A stretch of 64,000 nucleotides of DNA from a virus (IMGVR_UViG_3300024346_000004), one strand, 5' to 3'; counted from the stretch's first letter, positions 38,101 to 48,038 are shown. Numbers and translations are program-made. Notes: generated by a model not told the origin, from the letters alone.

Positions 38101-40617
38101 TCTTTTGAGTTTAATCGCATCTCTTAAACCTGGCTTATATCTATAAAAACAAAATTGTCCATAGCTATATTCCATGCCATAAAACATATCTTCTTCAGGT
38201 AAATATCTCTGATGTCTCAAACTCCACCATCCGCCACCTACTGTAAAGCCTCCATTACCGAATACACCTGAATATTCGTAAATTATCACATTATTGTTTG
38301 GTTCTAAAAGTGGTTTTGTTGGAAATCTAAAATTTCTTCCATAGATAGCTAAATATAAACATTCTGTATCTTTACCAGCACCAGAAATAGTTGTTGCTAA
38401 AATTAATTTACCCGTATTTGCTGGAGGCGCATTTATAGTAGCAAATGTATTACTTCTAGCAATGAAAGCTGATGTTGTTGTTCCACTGCTTAATGATGTC
38501 AAATCAGCTCTTAAATTAAATACTAATAAATGATTACCTGTGGATATATTATTCTGCAAACTTACTACATAGACATATTGAGTATTGTTATCTATCCTCG
38601 GTCCACATACAAAATTAGGATAATAATAAGATTGATTAACACTATCATCTAAATAATATGAAGCTTTTATTCTGTCAACCGTGGTAGCAGCTGGAATAAA
38701 TGCTATTTTTTCATTAGCAAAATCAAAATAACTTAGGCCTTTTACGACAAATAATCCTCCTTTTGTTAAGTCAGAACCATTAAATCTAGCTGTAACTATC
38801 ATCAATTCTTCGATTACGTAAGGAGTGTTTGCTGGATAAGAGTTTGCAGTATTTGTTAGAGTAATTGAAGTATTAGAATTGATTGCTCCAATTTCATACC
38901 AATCTGTGACAAATTGAGGAGTATCTGAACCAAATCCAATTCTGTATCCAACACATAATTTTTGATCATTCCATGTAGTAGATGATCCAGTAACGGTTGT
39001 TCCTGAAACAGTTACAGTCCCATTATTTATAACATTATAACTAGCATAAGGCTTGTCGTATGGTTGTAAATTTTGATTATTAGGAAAATTAACATATGCA
39101 TTTCCAGCATAGTCTATAGTATTTGTTCTTTTGTCGTAAATGTGTAAGTGAAACCTAGCAATAGTCCAGTTTCGCCATTCATCTGTAATAATCCATGTTA
39201 TATCATCAGACCAAGCAAAAGCTTCTCCTAAACCAGGATACAACTGAAGTACACCATGGTTATAATCATATCTATGTTTGATAGATATGTAATTATCTAG
39301 GTATTTAGGGCCTGAGAATAAAAAATGTTCTTCTGAAACATTTAATTTTTTATGATCATATCCCGATGTATTTCTCGTTACAGGAATTATATTTTGTAAA
39401 GTGATGCCAATATCATCATAATAATTATTGTATATATCAGTAATTAATTTGATATTATTTCCTGTCCGACCATATAATCTATAACCTGTTGCTTTTGGTA
39501 CTTTAGTCCATTTTACTCTATTATAATTTGTTGTATCTAAAGTGCTATTGCCATTTGATATTTTAACAACAGATGATGGTAATGTTTCTCCATATTTGTT
39601 ATATGCGCTTATTTGGTATGCATATTCAGTGGATCCTGTTGTTCCAAATGGTGTAACAGAAGATATTGAGGGAGATAATATAGGATTTAAATCTGTTACA
39701 GGTAAATTGCTATCAAATCTAATACTCTCTGCTAATAAACCACTCTCTGGTGTATCTAAAGAATTATAGGGTTTACCAAAAGACTCTGTTGATAAAATAG
39801 AATTTACACCTAATGTTACAGGTCCAGGCATAATAGCAGATCCCATAGATTCCGCTGATGTAATAGAAGGAGCGTATAAAATCCCTTGTTGTCTATATGA
39901 ATAATATTTTAAGGATGCTGGTGGATTGATAAATGCAAATGGATTCTCGTCTAAAAGTCTAATTTCTTCATCTGACAAAGCTCTGTTATATATATAAATT
40001 TGATATATATGACCTGAAAAGTTGTCAATACCTCCGCCTCTTCTGCCAATTCTTAGGTTATGTGCTGGAGAATTGATAACAGAAGGCACGGATGCTGTAA
40101 CTTCCATAGCTAAATTTGCATTTACATATGTCCTTACAAAATTACTAGGACTCCAAGTACCACATGCAAAATTTAAATTGCCATCACAAACATTTTGAGC
40201 AGAATAGGATTGGGCAGAGTTAACAGTAAAACCGACCCCACCAACACTACCACAAGATAGATTATATCCATAAGAATATGTTCCACTTGATTTATCTATT
40301 ATCCATTTGTCAGCAACAGTAGTTTTAAACCAAGCTAATACCGATAATCCAGTAGTTGGTAAAGTATAATTATCATTGGTAAGTTCAATATAATCATTAG
40401 ATCCATCAAAAAATATCGACCCATAATCTTTTGGAAAAAATGCCGGTCCATTAATTAAAGTTCCAAAAGTCGGCCTATCACAAAGGTCATATACTCTTAA
40501 CCCAGATCGTTCATTAAATAAAAAACAATGCACTAAGCCTTCACTTAATGGATGATTCCAATTAATTGAAGACCCATGTGCTGGTTTGTAATTATATTCT
40601 GAACTTCCTGGGAACAT
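35194..40617 (-). CDS. Array paralog 2 (1807 aa; LamG + core + LamG + PA14 + LamG)
   Basis: YKPAHGS..HPLSEGLVHCFLFNE; shared core; C-terminal extension with FYAPTTGSYTF and LYLDAS..SYP..WYDLSG. Confidence 0.72.
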   Translation of the reverse strand: MFPGSSEYNYKPAHGSSINWNHPLSEGLVHCFLFNERSGLRVYDLCDRPTFGTLINGPAFFPKDYGSIFFDGSNDYIELTNDNYTLPTTGLSVLAWFKTTVADKWIIDKSSGTYSYGYNLSCGSVGGVGFTVNSAQSYSAQNVCDGNLNFACGTWSPSNFVRTYVNANLAMEVTASVPSVINSPAHNLRIGRRGGGIDNFSGHIYQIYIYNRALSDEEIRLLDENPFAFINPPASLKYYSYRQQGILYAPSITSAESMGSAIMPGPVTLGVNSILSTESFGKPYNSLDTPESGLLAESIRFDSNLPVTDLNPILSPSISSVTPFGTTGSTEYAYQISAYNKYGETLPSSVVKISNGNSTLDTTNYNRVKWTKVPKATGYRLYGRTGNNIKLITDIYNNYYDDIGITLQNIIPVTRNTSGYDHKKLNVSEEHFLFSGPKYLDNYISIKHRYDYNHGVLQLYPGLGEAFAWSDDITWIITDEWRNWTIARFHLHIYDKRTNTIDYAGNAYVNFPNNQNLQPYDKPYASYNVINNGTVTVSGTTVTGSSTTWNDQKLCVGYRIGFGSDTPQFVTDWYEIGAINSNTSITLTNTANSYPANTPYVIEELMIVTARFNGSDLTKGGLFVVKGLSYFDFANEKIAFIPAATTVDRIKASYYLDDSVNQSYYYPNFVCGPRIDNNTQYVYVVSLQNNISTGNHLLVFNLRADLTSLSSGTTTSAFIARSNTFATINAPPANTGKLILATTISGAGKDTECLYLAIYGRNFRFPTKPLLEPNNNVIIYEYSGVFGNGGFTVGGGWWSLRHQRYLPEEDMFYGMEYSYGQFCFYRYKPGLRDAIKLKRRYLSAHYSYPQNKLVYDVAYDYNWSLAPLTHIANGLIFITRESTDQFNPLQVISYKADELFAKKYNAFVITPVISTYNARKLSKIMLSDNFCEGDDRFTKLPAEYNLYIRTEGIEDNTGIWIPLNRMHDLSDIKATDKCQFRFEFVMMAHSAIPRKIYNLDLFYETKNIISPEFKWNLSDSNTLYNVVGFKQKELYKKNYVLYESEPLVVIEAKDAISGNTIYTQRSDDNTYGQFQYYNNAWVNGLGSQAIEKRMRYVNTYSFNSTAKIIYNIYTAKWDLLRLDRFNDNDLSDYNNTLILDNVTRSTGIDRPWVLSGNSSITATSTLFNKLYSNGLCMSITFMVDENISFSNMSLLSRNNGSTGNNFYHLYISSDYKVNFWIGNSSVIISDGNIKPGYIYNIIINFTGTNYSLYINGKLNKTQNISPTLSLASSSFKIGNSGYSNYGFYGKIYEVRIIGKSVTNNEISRIYSDVNLKLDNEITGLVRKTLPSSIYYSEGTISIDPGTSNINVPGLRERFYRFYDQNRDFDHNNGELMKDYEHVTNFDIPYHASINGYTIDFYGKFYAPTTGSYTFTYQAWTTGYMWIGNTADSGFTKINRNIYTNTGIVSYSVNLNGGEYHSIRIMNSCAGDRRTLFTVSGPGITSTSNLYGYVYTPYTNRKTLTGTSTNFINNVPFSRNTLFLGSKSIYDDVEVVEVTKALSDTKLAFNTLPNRIYSSNIDYAILKNVVLYLDASEKKSYPESGNIWYDLSGYGNHFQSQGHVEWNKAGYFTTFSVNDFFTPVAANTLAKSYPFYNQDFTIFFVIRNQTVPNQYGVSDNCMLLYHGSATPVYGYYGRGTELTYNCNSRYYYTSDNWQSTYSAPRFYVENYDENTVMTFSYSNTSNSSTIYGYERFRMYKDGQKFFITNRVNATLETLFGFFSIGNSSNYPLYPFSDGRIYAMMVVNRTMSDAEVLEMSNYFRDKFNF

Positions 40618-41037
40618 TTATAGATGTACGATTCTTCTTTTAAGTCCAGAAGTTGTGAAGTTTAATATAGCAATAACTTGACCTAATCCATTATCAGGAA
40701 AAGTTGTACCGTCATCTAGAGATCTTTCAATATAAAGAATTACATCACCATTTGCAGATGCGGGAGCAGATACAGTAAATTCAATAGTAGCACCAATTAA
40801 TTTAGCAGTACTATTATCAATTGCAGCTGAGTTAAGATAAGCTGTATTAATTAAAGTAGTAGGAGAAGCTGGAGTTGTACCAAGGTTTAAAGGTACTGTG
40901 GCACTTCCATCAAATGTGACAGAAGCATCATTAGCATATTTCCATCCTCTATATTTGACAACAATACCACCAGAAGCAATTGTTTGTCCAGTTCCATTAT
41001 AAACAGAAAATCTAAAATCGGGTCCTAAAGCACTCAT
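40618..41037 (-). CDS. Small beta-sandwich cassette protein
   Basis: Clear paralog of 31086-31511; directly precedes a LamG-start paralog. Confidence 0.7.
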   Translation of the reverse strand: MSALGPDFRFSVYNGTGQTIASGGIVVKYRGWKYANDASVTFDGSATVPLNLGTTPASPTTLINTAYLNSAAIDNSTAKLIGATIEFTVSAPASANGDVILYIERSLDDGTTFPDNGLGQVIAILNFTTSGLKRRIVHL

Positions 41038-41039
41038 AT

Positions 41040-41504
41040 TTATCTCCTAAAAGCATTACCAATATCAATATGTGTAATGCTGGTATTTTTTCCAAATAAA
41101 ATTTCAGCTCTTGATAACATTTCTTTCGGGGCTAAATTTGAAATATCAATTTTATCCTGTTCAGAAATTACTTCGTTTTCTATGAGCGTATCTAAAACAT
41201 TTTGTACAGCTGGTTCTTCATATTTAAATGTTTGCAATCTAGATGACAATAATCTAAGTATTAAAAGAGCTGCATTCTGAGCTGGATTATCTGTTTTAGA
41301 AACAGATTCAATTAATAATATTTTTCCAGTAGTTAACATATAATCTTCTAATTTATCAATGCTAATTACTGTTTCTCCATCAATATACTTGTTATTTAAT
41401 AAATCAGCTATTCCTACATGATTACCCATTTCAAGTAATATAGAATATCCTAAATTTTCAGGATCTAAATTAATTTCATTACTGAGCTCACCATAACTTA
41501 TCAT
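41040..41504 (-). CDS. Helical phage protein (L..EI..DP..LGY motif)
   Basis: ELSNEINLDPENLGY..IADLLN..SRAEILFG. Confidence 0.55.
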   Translation of the reverse strand: MISYGELSNEINLDPENLGYSILLEMGNHVGIADLLNNKYIDGETVISIDKLEDYMLTTGKILLIESVSKTDNPAQNAALLILRLLSSRLQTFKYEEPAVQNVLDTLIENEVISEQDKIDISNLAPKEMLSRAEILFGKNTSITHIDIGNAFRR

Positions 41505-41513
41505 TATTTCACC

Positions 41514-44009
41514 TTACACTATTTCTATTTTTAATTTAACTTCTTCAGACATTAATATATTTGCGGTTAATACAAATCTTCTTAATGTTCCTACTGTATT
41601 TGTACCAATACCATTTGTCCAAATATTACCTTGAGCTAAATATTGGAAATTACCAAAAGTAGTTTCTGAAGAAGTTTGACTAAATACCAATTTATTATCT
41701 TTTTTTCTAATGTATGATATTTTTAAAGTAAGATTATTCGAATATACTTTACTTTGCTCAAAACCATATATATTTTGTGAAAGATCAGTTATATTACTAT
41801 TAAATTTAAAATATTTAGGAAGCAATTCTTCTTTTTCTGCCAATAACGTATATGAATGAATTCTAGCTGGACACATTGTTAATCCAAATATTTTAAAATT
41901 AAACATGAACTGTATAGAATCTTGTGCTCTAACAGTAGATAAATCATATGGGAAATTCAATCTTGTCCATACACCCGAATTATCTTTTATTCCTGTAGTT
42001 CTGTAAAATACTCTAAATGGATCAGGCTGTACTGGGAAATCTTCAGACGCTACTTCTTCAGCATAGTTAACTAATAACTTATTAAATTTACTAACTGAAT
42101 ATGTGTCTATTTCAGGACAAATTACTCTGTTTTCATATTCCATAGGTGAATCATTTTCTCCACCCACAGGCATTGCAAAAATATTATTGTGTATTGCATC
42201 TTGAATATTTGTAACTGTATTAAAAGTATATATTATTCCATTTTTGACTGTGTATGTTTTATTATAGCCATTGTAAGGATGGTTGAATGTATTCTTGGGA
42301 TTCCATTTTCCTGGAGTATATAAAAATTGTCCACCTATTGCATAAACTCCTTGCAACTCATTTCCGAATTGAAATTTAAAAGCTGTAAATCCATACCCGC
42401 TGCTTGCCGTGTAAAAAAAATCACTATAATCATCATAAACAATTTCAAATGAATTTCTTATATCATATATTCTATGGCCAAAATTAATAATTGGGAAAAA
42501 AAATGTTTCACCAGGCAAATTCAATGCGTTTTTAACAATATAACTTTCTTCTGTTCTGATAAAAAAGTCCACGCCTCTATAAATGAATGAAGTTTTATTT
42601 GCATATGGTCCAGATTTCATTACGACAGGAAACAATCCTCCATATCCATTACCCCATGAATTTACTAATAATTGACCAGTAGTAAAATCATAGCAACTAT
42701 AGTCTGTACCAGCATCTAATAATAAATCTTTACGAATGTTATATCTTAATATTCTTGTTCTATTATTTACATTACTATTATCAACCTGTTTGACATATAA
42801 ATATTGTGTATTATTATCTTTTTGAGGAGTCACACACATGCCAAAGTAAGTATTTGTTGATGTAGGTACAAAAGATTCTTTAATATTGTAAGTGGCTTTT
42901 TGCCCATCTGTTCTATTAGCAAAAGGAATTGTAACAGAACCATTTATCTTAAAATCATCAATATTAAGCCCTTTGACAATATTGATACCATATTGTGCTA
43001 CAGGTAAAATTATCAATCTGATTTCTTCAATTATATAAGGAACATTAGTTTGATTAGCAGACGGTAACCTATCAATTGTAATACTTGAATTACTATTAAT
43101 TCTATTTACATAATACCAGGTAGTAATTTTTTCAGGATCTGTAGACCCAAAACCAATTCTAGCTCCAACAGAAATTTTCTTATCAAAAAAAGTAGTATTT
43201 ATTCCTGTAACTTCAGCAGTAGATGTTGATAGATTGACTAATCCATCTGTTGTTTTATCCATAGATGCGATAAGGTCATAATCATAAGCAGATTGCCCAA
43301 TAGGAGTGAATGTAATATTGATAAAACCTTTGTGCGTAAATGTCCAAGTAAATCTATCAAAAATTACTAAGTGATATTTTCTTATCTGGCTTCCGCTCAT
43401 TTCATTTCTTTGAAATATTAGTAAATCATATCTTTCTGTGTAACTAATAACATCATTGGCGTAATACGTATAAAGAGCTGGCGGTGAAGTTGAATTATAA
43501 ATAACTCTGAATTCATCAAATATATGAAACATCTCATGAGGTTGATTTGAAATATAATTGTTTTCAGGGGTTGTGTTACTTGTGAATAATTTCTGGAATC
43601 TACCTATATTTAATTTACTAGGGTCATATCCAGTAGTGTCTTTTACAGGTAAAGATCCACTAGGTGAAACAGTACCGATATCATCATAATAATTGTTGTT
43701 TACAGTAGCTATAAGTTGCTCTGAATTAACAGTTCTTCCATACACTTTATAACTTGTAGCATAACTACTTGATGTCCAGGATATTCTGATGAAATTATTA
43801 CTACTTAGCGTTGCATTTCCAGTTATTACTACAGGATCGCTAGCTAATGTCTCACCAAATTCACTAACAGCACTTACTCTATAGGAATAAATAGTAGACC
43901 CTGAAGCTCCAAAAGCCTGTAATGAAATTACAGGCTTCGGAACGGAATTTAGTTGTGTTATTGTGCAGCTTGAATCAAAGTTATATTCAAACGCTTGTGT
44001 TGTTGCCAT
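41514..44009 (-). CDS. Array paralog 1 (831 aa; core scaffold only)
   Basis: YSYRVSA..YYDDIG; VGARIGFGSTDP..PYIIEEIR; PDPFRVFYRT.GI.D..G.W; GTLRRFV. Confidence 0.7.
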   Translation of the reverse strand: MATTQAFEYNFDSSCTITQLNSVPKPVISLQAFGASGSTIYSYRVSAVSEFGETLASDPVVITGNATLSSNNFIRISWTSSSYATSYKVYGRTVNSEQLIATVNNNYYDDIGTVSPSGSLPVKDTTGYDPSKLNIGRFQKLFTSNTTPENNYISNQPHEMFHIFDEFRVIYNSTSPPALYTYYANDVISYTERYDLLIFQRNEMSGSQIRKYHLVIFDRFTWTFTHKGFINITFTPIGQSAYDYDLIASMDKTTDGLVNLSTSTAEVTGINTTFFDKKISVGARIGFGSTDPEKITTWYYVNRINSNSSITIDRLPSANQTNVPYIIEEIRLIILPVAQYGINIVKGLNIDDFKINGSVTIPFANRTDGQKATYNIKESFVPTSTNTYFGMCVTPQKDNNTQYLYVKQVDNSNVNNRTRILRYNIRKDLLLDAGTDYSCYDFTTGQLLVNSWGNGYGGLFPVVMKSGPYANKTSFIYRGVDFFIRTEESYIVKNALNLPGETFFFPIINFGHRIYDIRNSFEIVYDDYSDFFYTASSGYGFTAFKFQFGNELQGVYAIGGQFLYTPGKWNPKNTFNHPYNGYNKTYTVKNGIIYTFNTVTNIQDAIHNNIFAMPVGGENDSPMEYENRVICPEIDTYSVSKFNKLLVNYAEEVASEDFPVQPDPFRVFYRTTGIKDNSGVWTRLNFPYDLSTVRAQDSIQFMFNFKIFGLTMCPARIHSYTLLAEKEELLPKYFKFNSNITDLSQNIYGFEQSKVYSNNLTLKISYIRKKDNKLVFSQTSSETTFGNFQYLAQGNIWTNGIGTNTVGTLRRFVLTANILMSEEVKLKIEIV

Positions 44010-44223
44010 CCATCTCTTCCAGTGTACGATTTCCAGTAGCTACAAAAAATGCAGGAAAAGCAGCTATAGGAAATTGAGTAGCGTCTCTCTTTAGATATAC
44101 TTCTACCATATCTAAGGCTTTATAATCTCCAGTATATTTCACACAATATTCAGTTTGTGTTAATACTGGTGTGTCAGCCTCAAGATGGTAAATCACATCT
44201 TCAGGTTTTACATCTTCATTCAT
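43987..44223 (-). CDS. Small hypothetical protein linking gyrA to the array
   Basis: ATGA overlap with the gyrA stop; SD GAGG; overlaps the next gene by 23 nt. Confidence 0.55.
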   Translation of the reverse strand: MNEDVKPEDVIYHLEADTPVLTQTEYCVKYTGDYKALDMVEVYLKRDATQFPIAAFPAFFVATGNRTLEEMDGNNTSV

Positions 44224-47200
44224 ACATTTACCTCTATATTTTCTTCATTATCAGAGTTAAAATCCTCTGTCTTATCTACTTTTATAACAGATTGAACAGC
44301 ATCTCCATCATTAACTGTGATGACCTTTACTCCCATACCTGCTCTTCCTTTAAGTCTAAGGTCAGATACACGAGTTCTTTGTACTAATCCCTTGGTAGTG
44401 AGAACAAGAATTTCATCATCTTCGGTTACAGATACAGCACAGACAATATTTCCATTTCTAGTTGTAATACTATCAATGGTCTTAATACCCTTTACTGCTC
44501 TACCACCGGACGATCTATAAAGGCTAGCATCTGTTCTTTTACCATATCCCATAGAAGTGATAATTAATACAGAAGGATCAGCATCTTTGTCAAATGTAAT
44601 CATCGAAGCAATTGAATCTCTATCTCTAAGAATCATAGCCTTGACACCTTGAGAATTCTTTCCTACTGCACGAACTAAATCTTCTGAATATCTTACAGCC
44701 ATACCGTTAGTAGTGATTAGCATTACATCTTCAGTACCAGAAGTAGTTGATACAAATTTCAGCTCATCGCCTTCATTTATAATAATTGCTTTAGTACCCT
44801 TTTTACGAAGATTGATATTATATTCTCTAATCTCACTTCTCTTAATCAAACCATTCTTAGTGATCATAATAAAATAACCATCTACGTCTAATGATTTGAT
44901 ATTTAAAGTACAGGCAATTTCATCCCCTTGAGGCAATTCCAAAAGATTGTTAAGATGAATACCCTTTGATGTACGAGAACCTACTGGAATTTCATAGCCC
45001 TTCTTTTTGTATAGATTGCCACACTTTGAGAAGAACAAGAAATAATCATGTGTAGAACCATAGAAGATATCAGAAGCTTCATCTTCTTCACGACCCTTAA
45101 CACCAATTACTCCCTTACCACCACGATTTTGTGCTTTAAAAGTACCTGAAGGAACTCTCTTTACATATCCATCTTTACTTAGGGATACAACAATTTGCTC
45201 TTCTCGAATCATATCTTCTGTTGACATAGAAACTGCTGACTCGACAATTTCACATCGTCTATCGTCACCAATTTTCTCAGCTAGCTCTAATTGCTCACGG
45301 GAAACTAGATTAGACAGTTTACGATCAGATCCGAGAATATCAACAAGCCATTCATTTCTCTTTGTAAGCTTGTCAAATTCATCTTTCATACCAGCGGTAT
45401 CAAGCTTTGTAAGATTACCCAATGTAATTCTAAGAACAGCATCAGATTGCTCTAAAGAGGTTACAAATCCTTGCGTGATGAGTTCTTGCTGTGCCACATT
45501 CCTATCATCAGCTTCACGTATGAGCTTGATAACCGAATCAATTTTAGCGGTAATGCCAATGAGACCATCAAGGATATGGATTCTTCTATTGTTTTTATCA
45601 AGTTCTGCATTGAATTTTCTTGTTAATACTTCTTTACGATGAATTACAAATGTATCAACTAGCTTGAGCATTGGTACATTTTCAACAACTTTTTTACCAT
45701 CTAAAAGTACTGTTGAATTAATTGAAAAATTAGTTCTCAAGCATGTATGTTTTAGAATTAGATTCAAAATAAGATTAGAATTGGTTGTTTTATGAATCCA
45801 TACTCTAATGTCCATACCTCTCTTATTAGTAAGGTTCTTTAGATTTGTAATACCATCTAACTTCTTAGATTCTACAAGCTCTTTAATTTCTCTACAAAAA
45901 CCTTCAGCAGAGCCACCATAAGGAAGAGCTGTTACTTTGATATAATGTTGGCCATTTTTCTCTTGTTCCATAGAATAATAGCCTTCAATTTGAACAGAAC
46001 CACGTCCAGTTGTAAAGTAATTCTTGACACCTTCATTACCAAGAATCTTACACTTTAGCGGAAAGTCTGGTCCTGGCATAATTTCCATCATTTCAGCGAG
46101 AGAAATATTAGGATTTTTAATATATGCTGCAATCAGATTAGCAGTTTCACGAAGATTATGCGGAGCCATACTAGTAGCCCAACCAACAGCAATACCAGAA
46201 CATCCATTCACAATAAGATTAGGTAGTAAAGAAGGAAGAACTGTAGGCTCCATCATCTCATCGTTATAGTTAGAAATATAATCTACAACTTGATTTGATA
46301 GTTCTGAAACCATCTGATCACCAAATACAGAAAATTTAGATTCCGTGTTATGGTTCACAATTCCATTTGCTACAAAAGAGTGACAATCAGAATCTACTTT
46401 AACTGAATATACATTTTGAATTCCAGCGTCTTCGATTTTGACAACCTTTTGATAGAAATAATTATCATTATCAAGCTCTTCCACAACCTTAAATAATTCT
46501 TCTGAAAGATTTTGCTTAAGTTGAGGAACACTCTGCTTGAAATTATTATATCTATCAAAGTTATTGCTAACAACCCATCTATTTCTAGTATTATCTCTCA
46601 AATAATTAGATACATGAGGAATATAATCTCCATGAACAGCTGAATTGTTCTTTTCACTTAGACTATCAATAATAATATTTAAAAGAGATTGCTTTCTTGC
46701 AGATACAAAATTAATCTCACTTCGGAAATTATTAATGTCATTCTTTCCAGTAATGAGAACCTTGTAAATATCTTTTGATTCAGAATAAGATAGTTTTGTG
46801 GTGATTCCAAATCCTAAAAGAACAACCTGAAGTTGATTACAAAGAATCTTACTTTTTGTATTATAAGAGACTACATTGGTATTGATTTCTGCACTGCCAT
46901 CTCCCTCATACAAAGCAGACAGGAATGAAGATACTACACTTTTCGGAGATTGAAGGATAACCCATGGAATAGACTTATCCTTAGATTTAATACCTAGATC
47001 AAAACCCAATTTAGAGAACATTTCGCATATCTTGGCGTTGTGCATTTCAATTGTTACATAAGGATTTTTAGACCAACCAACAGGCTCACGCTCAAATTTG
47101 TGATATGCATCTTGTCCAAAAGTATTATCTAATGCAAAAGTAAATGCGTCAAGAAGATCACCATGAAGATTTGCAAAACCAAATCTCTTAGAATCAATCC

Positions 47201-48038
47201 ATCCCTCAGATACGATACTTCCCATGATTGTAGCGATATTTTCATCAATCACATCAGGAACATTTACAATCTTATTATTAGGTCCAAACTCTGGCTTATA
47301 AGGCGTTAGATCAAAATACTCTGTTGGATAAATACTCTTACGTGAAAGAACAATATAATCATTTTCCTTAATTTCACTTAGCAATTTCCAATCATAGCCA
47401 ACTTTACCATTCTCGTAATTATATGTAAGAACGGGGTGGTTATGAGTACCAGTAACTGAAAAATTATCAGTAGTTGTGATTTTAATAGTAGGGTGAGGAC
47501 CACAATCAAACCACTTAGAAGATTTGTTAAGTTTATTACCAGCAGAAAGAACAGTGATATCAATATCTTCTTGCGATGAAATTTTATCAATTCTGACAAG
47601 ACCTTTATTGGTATAAACAAGAGCATCTGCAGTAAGACAATATCTCATGGCCGCCGGTTTGTCTTCTGGTGCGGGAGATCCGAAGTTTCCTTGGGGTGAA
47701 ATTAATGGATATCTTAGAGACCAATCTTGTGCCATACGAACAAGTGTAGGATAAACAACAGCTTCTCCGTGTGGGTGATAATTACCAGAAACATCACCAC
47801 AAATCTTTGCGCACTTTTTTGTCTTACCTGTAGAACGAAGATTAAGATCATCCATAGCTACAAGAGTACGGCGTTGAGATGGCTTTAGGCCATCTCTAGC
47901 ATCAGGAAGAGCACGATCTTCCATGACAGCAAAAGCATAATTTGTAAATCTTTCATCAAGAAGATCTGTGAATTCTTTATCTATAACATGATCAGTAAGA
48001 GTGCTGGCCTCTACTTCTACGGTTTTATTTTTTCTCAT
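44220..48038 (-). CDS. gyrA: DNA gyrase subunit A with intein
   Basis: RALPDARDGLKP, YHPHG, AAMRY, GyrA-box QNRGGKG, C-terminal pinwheel repeats; ~841-aa extein. Confidence 0.95.
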   Translation of the reverse strand: MRKNKTVEVEASTLTDHVIDKEFTDLLDERFTNYAFAVMEDRALPDARDGLKPSQRRTLVAMDDLNLRSTGKTKKCAKICGDVSGNYHPHGEAVVYPTLVRMAQDWSLRYPLISPQGNFGSPAPEDKPAAMRYCLTADALVYTNKGLVRIDKISSQEDIDITVLSAGNKLNKSSKWFDCGPHPTIKITTTDNFSVTGTHNHPVLTYNYENGKVGYDWKLLSEIKENDYIVLSRKSIYPTEYFDLTPYKPEFGPNNKIVNVPDVIDENIATIMGSIVSEGWIDSKRFGFANLHGDLLDAFTFALDNTFGQDAYHKFEREPVGWSKNPYVTIEMHNAKICEMFSKLGFDLGIKSKDKSIPWVILQSPKSVVSSFLSALYEGDGSAEINTNVVSYNTKSKILCNQLQVVLLGFGITTKLSYSESKDIYKVLITGKNDINNFRSEINFVSARKQSLLNIIIDSLSEKNNSAVHGDYIPHVSNYLRDNTRNRWVVSNNFDRYNNFKQSVPQLKQNLSEELFKVVEELDNDNYFYQKVVKIEDAGIQNVYSVKVDSDCHSFVANGIVNHNTESKFSVFGDQMVSELSNQVVDYISNYNDEMMEPTVLPSLLPNLIVNGCSGIAVGWATSMAPHNLRETANLIAAYIKNPNISLAEMMEIMPGPDFPLKCKILGNEGVKNYFTTGRGSVQIEGYYSMEQEKNGQHYIKVTALPYGGSAEGFCREIKELVESKKLDGITNLKNLTNKRGMDIRVWIHKTTNSNLILNLILKHTCLRTNFSINSTVLLDGKKVVENVPMLKLVDTFVIHRKEVLTRKFNAELDKNNRRIHILDGLIGITAKIDSVIKLIREADDRNVAQQELITQGFVTSLEQSDAVLRITLGNLTKLDTAGMKDEFDKLTKRNEWLVDILGSDRKLSNLVSREQLELAEKIGDDRRCEIVESAVSMSTEDMIREEQIVVSLSKDGYVKRVPSGTFKAQNRGGKGVIGVKGREEDEASDIFYGSTHDYFLFFSKCGNLYKKKGYEIPVGSRTSKGIHLNNLLELPQGDEIACTLNIKSLDVDGYFIMITKNGLIKRSEIREYNINLRKKGTKAIIINEGDELKFVSTTSGTEDVMLITTNGMAVRYSEDLVRAVGKNSQGVKAMILRDRDSIASMITFDKDADPSVLIITSMGYGKRTDASLYRSSGGRAVKGIKTIDSITTRNGNIVCAVSVTEDDEILVLTTKGLVQRTRVSDLRLKGRAGMGVKVITVNDGDAVQSVIKVDKTEDFNSDNEENIEVNV
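46347..47639 (-). mobile_element. Intein (431 aa) with LAGLIDADG homing endonuclease
   Basis: AAMRY|CLTADA..GTHNHP..IMGSIVSEG..FLSALYEGDG..FVANGIVNHN|TES; inserted directly after catalytic Tyr133. Confidence 0.93.

Noticed and set aside
13022-44009. Diversity-generating retroelement or invertase shufflon acting on the array
   Set aside because: No reverse transcriptase or recombinase in the window; no TR/VR pair with adenine-specific mismatches or inverted crossover sites seen by eye; all copies lie on one strand
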